Shown in pieces: positions 23,217 to 24,881 of a DNA stretch of 24,881 nucleotides. The notes beneath the pieces are model-generated. The model saw only the letters and a list, made by a program, of their open reading frames with translations. It was not told where the DNA came from and made no database searches. Position 1 is the first letter of the stretch, and the number at the start of each line of letters is the position of its first letter. Source of the stretch: a virus (lineage: Duplodnaviria; Caudoviricetes); the IMG/VR virus record IMGVR_UViG_3300025872_000287, positions 1-24,881 of that record. The stretch is one strand, 5' to 3'. A program made the position numbers and the translations under genes.

Positions 23217-23395
23217 TTGATGCGATTGATTTTTTTACTGTAATAAACCACCGCCAACAAACCCGAAATAAGACCAACAATGCCCACCACAAAGGTAAGG
23301 ATTGGCTGATAAGTTTGCGTGAAGGTGATAATTGCTGAACTGCCTGAAATGGCCGTGGCAATCGCCGCCGTGGTGTCATTATTAAATTTGTTCAT
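23213..23395 (-). CDS. 60-aa membrane protein (holin/antiholin-like)
   Basis: One or two hydrophobic helices and a basic C-terminus. Confidence 0.65.
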   Translation of the reverse strand: MNKFNNDTTAAIATAISGSSAIITFTQTYQPILTFVVGIVGLISGLLAVVYYSKKINRIK

Positions 23396-23759
23396 TTGGT
23401 GTTGGGATTACGCAAAAAGGTGAATCGGGGAATTTCTCACAATACCCTTTTAAATAAAGTGAATCATCCCCACTAAAAGTATGAATCCCCATTGGGTCTG
23501 GCCATACCTCATACGGAGTAAACTCCACGGGAACCTCTGAATAGAAAAGAATGTCAACCGCCCACTTGTCCGACTGCTTAACGCATACGGGTTTGTCATC
23601 AACTTGCCCCCACTCCAAACAAATAAATCCAATTTCAACAACTGCGCAATCTTTCCAACTTGTCACGGTTTCCCCGCTTGGCGTGGTTGTGGTTTGTTGT
23701 ATGTCTTTTTGAAGTGTTGCCCATTCGGTAGGGGTGAACTCGAATTTAGAAAATTTCAT
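23382..23759 (-). CDS. 125-aa fibre-associated hypothetical protein
   Basis: Directly downstream of the fibre gene; F.KFEF...W, VVEIG, WAVDIL and P.P.GIHTFSG patterns. Confidence 0.7.
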   Translation of the reverse strand: MKFSKFEFTPTEWATLQKDIQQTTTTPSGETVTSWKDCAVVEIGFICLEWGQVDDKPVCVKQSDKWAVDILFYSEVPVEFTPYEVWPDPMGIHTFSGDDSLYLKGYCEKFPDSPFCVIPTPNEQI

Positions 23760-23760
23760 T

Positions 23761-24881
23761 TTATAAGGTTGTTAATGCGATGCATTCTGCATCTGTTAAT
23801 GATGTTTTGAAATTAACTATTTGTTTAATTTGGAAATCTAAGTATGGAGTACCCGCCTCTGAACCTAAATAAACTGCAGTCAAAGAAAGTGGAACGCTTC
23901 CGCTTGTATCTGAACCTATTAAAACCCCGTTTTGAAATAATCTAAAATCATTGTTTTTGTAAGTTACTGCAATTTTTCTATTTTGCCCATAGGTGTACGA
24001 ACTGCCAATGATTACTGCTTGGGTTACACCGCCAGAACTTGCAACTAACAAAGGCGCGCCCGTACTTCCGATTTCAATTTGAACCCTATTTGCGTTTGTC
24101 GTGTCGCTTAATTGAAAAGGTACTGTCGATGCTGCGCCAAGTTGTGCGCCTTCAAAAAACAATGTTCCCTCCGTCTGCCCTATCAAACTACTTATCCCCG
24201 TCTTAAAACAAGCATCCGCAACCCTTGTGGCACTTGCTGATGTGGTTGGGATGTAGGATGTGACATAACTTGACGCTTCACACTGAAATCCCCAAACATA
24301 AACTTGTTTATTGCTTCCCGTGTAGGTTTCGCTTCCCGTGTCATCGGCTAAACCAATACGGAAGTTTGGCGAACCACTTGCCGCCATTGTGCGAGTATAA
24401 ACAATTCTATACCATCCGTTTCCAACACTTGTAATTGATGCCGTGACATCGCCCGTTGAACCTAAAATTGTACCATTTTGAATGTCGTAATCAACATATT
24501 GTGATGTAGAACCATTGTAAATGTTTACCGTCATATATTGACGGCTTATGTATTTGGCATAAAACGAAATTGTATACGCCGTACTATTTGCAAAGGTTAT
24601 ACCTTGATAAATCCAATGTTGTGTACTTGATGCCGTGCCATCATCCAAAAGGTCTGCATTTTGTGTGCCGTCTGGGCTTATGCCTTGATTTGCGGTAATT
24701 GTCAAATTGTTAGAAGCCCACGCACCATTGTCTACTTGTTCAGAATAAAGCAAAATATTCGTTGATTGTTTCTCCAACAACAAACTCGGACACCCGCCCC
24801 CGCCATTTTGGTAGGTTAGGCGTGGTACATTTAAGCGGTCGGTAGTGGGGAAATAGGGTTTTGCGGTTGAGCCGATGTTTA
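23761..24881 (-). CDS. Fibre/receptor-binding protein with carbohydrate-binding and LamG/ConA-like domains (5' end beyond the window)
   Basis: The frame is open to the right edge (NIGSTAKPYFPTTDRLNVPRLTYQNGGGGCPSLLLEK...); NILLYSE, GNGWYRI, TSYIPTT..SATRVAD and KIAVTY......FQNG...LTDAECIALT motifs. Confidence 0.78.
   Translation of the reverse strand, partial: NIGSTAKPYFPTTDRLNVPRLTYQNGGGGCPSLLLEKQSTNILLYSEQVDNGAWASNNLTITANQGISPDGTQNADLLDDGTASSTQHWIYQGITFANSTAYTISFYAKYISRQYMTVNIYNGSTSQYVDYDIQNGTILGSTGDVTASITSVGNGWYRIVYTRTMAASGSPNFRIGLADDTGSETYTGSNKQVYVWGFQCEASSYVTSYIPTTSASATRVADACFKTGISSLIGQTEGTLFFEGAQLGAASTVPFQLSDTTNANRVQIEIGSTGAPLLVASSGGVTQAVIIGSSYTYGQNRKIAVTYKNNDFRLFQNGVLIGSDTSGSVPLSLTAVYLGSEAGTPYLDFQIKQIVNFKTSLTDAECIALTTL

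Noticed and set aside
1-24881. Stop-codon reassignment, given the rarity of TAG
   Set aside because: Core genes are intact under code 11 and TAG serves as a stop at 5600-5602.
23761-24881. Diversity-generating retroelement targeting the fibre
   Set aside because: No reverse transcriptase and no template/variable repeat pair seen in the window.

Overview
Near-complete genome of a small (probably about 26 kb) HK97-fold siphovirus with a non-contractile tail. The host is most likely a Bacteroidota, judged from TAnnTTTG promoters, A-rich start contexts without Shine-Dalgarno sequences, and the gene families present. All genes except one are on the minus strand. Reading leftward from a control region at ~20370-20600: small membrane and early genes, a DnaA-domain-IV protein, a nuclease-like gene, a replication initiator with an internal iteron origin, DnaB, a C5 DNA methyltransferase, HNH, a putative cos site, TerS/TerL, portal, protease, capsid, neck, tail tube, frameshifted chaperone, tape measure, tail tip and a small appendage cassette. 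The cassette appears to continue at the right edge with a lectin-like fibre and the lysis module. The only plus-strand gene is a RecT-like annealase. I saw no integrase, repressor, tRNA or CRISPR array. Highlights: (1) a ~25-aa motif shared by an unannotated 51-aa ORF and an insertion in the tail-tip protein, suggesting a plug-in docking system for a lectin fibre on both head and tail; (2) a two-chain methyltransferase whose second chain is nested in the +1 frame and has tandem modules; (3) a 14-bp box at fixed spacing from variant late promoters and inside the early promoter; (4) an intrinsic terminator hidden in the tail chaperone coding sequence; (5) a pseudoknot plus hairpin after the capsid gene; (6) strong AG/CT depletion in the backbone but not in the fibre module. 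All calls come from reading the sequence by eye; no searches were run.
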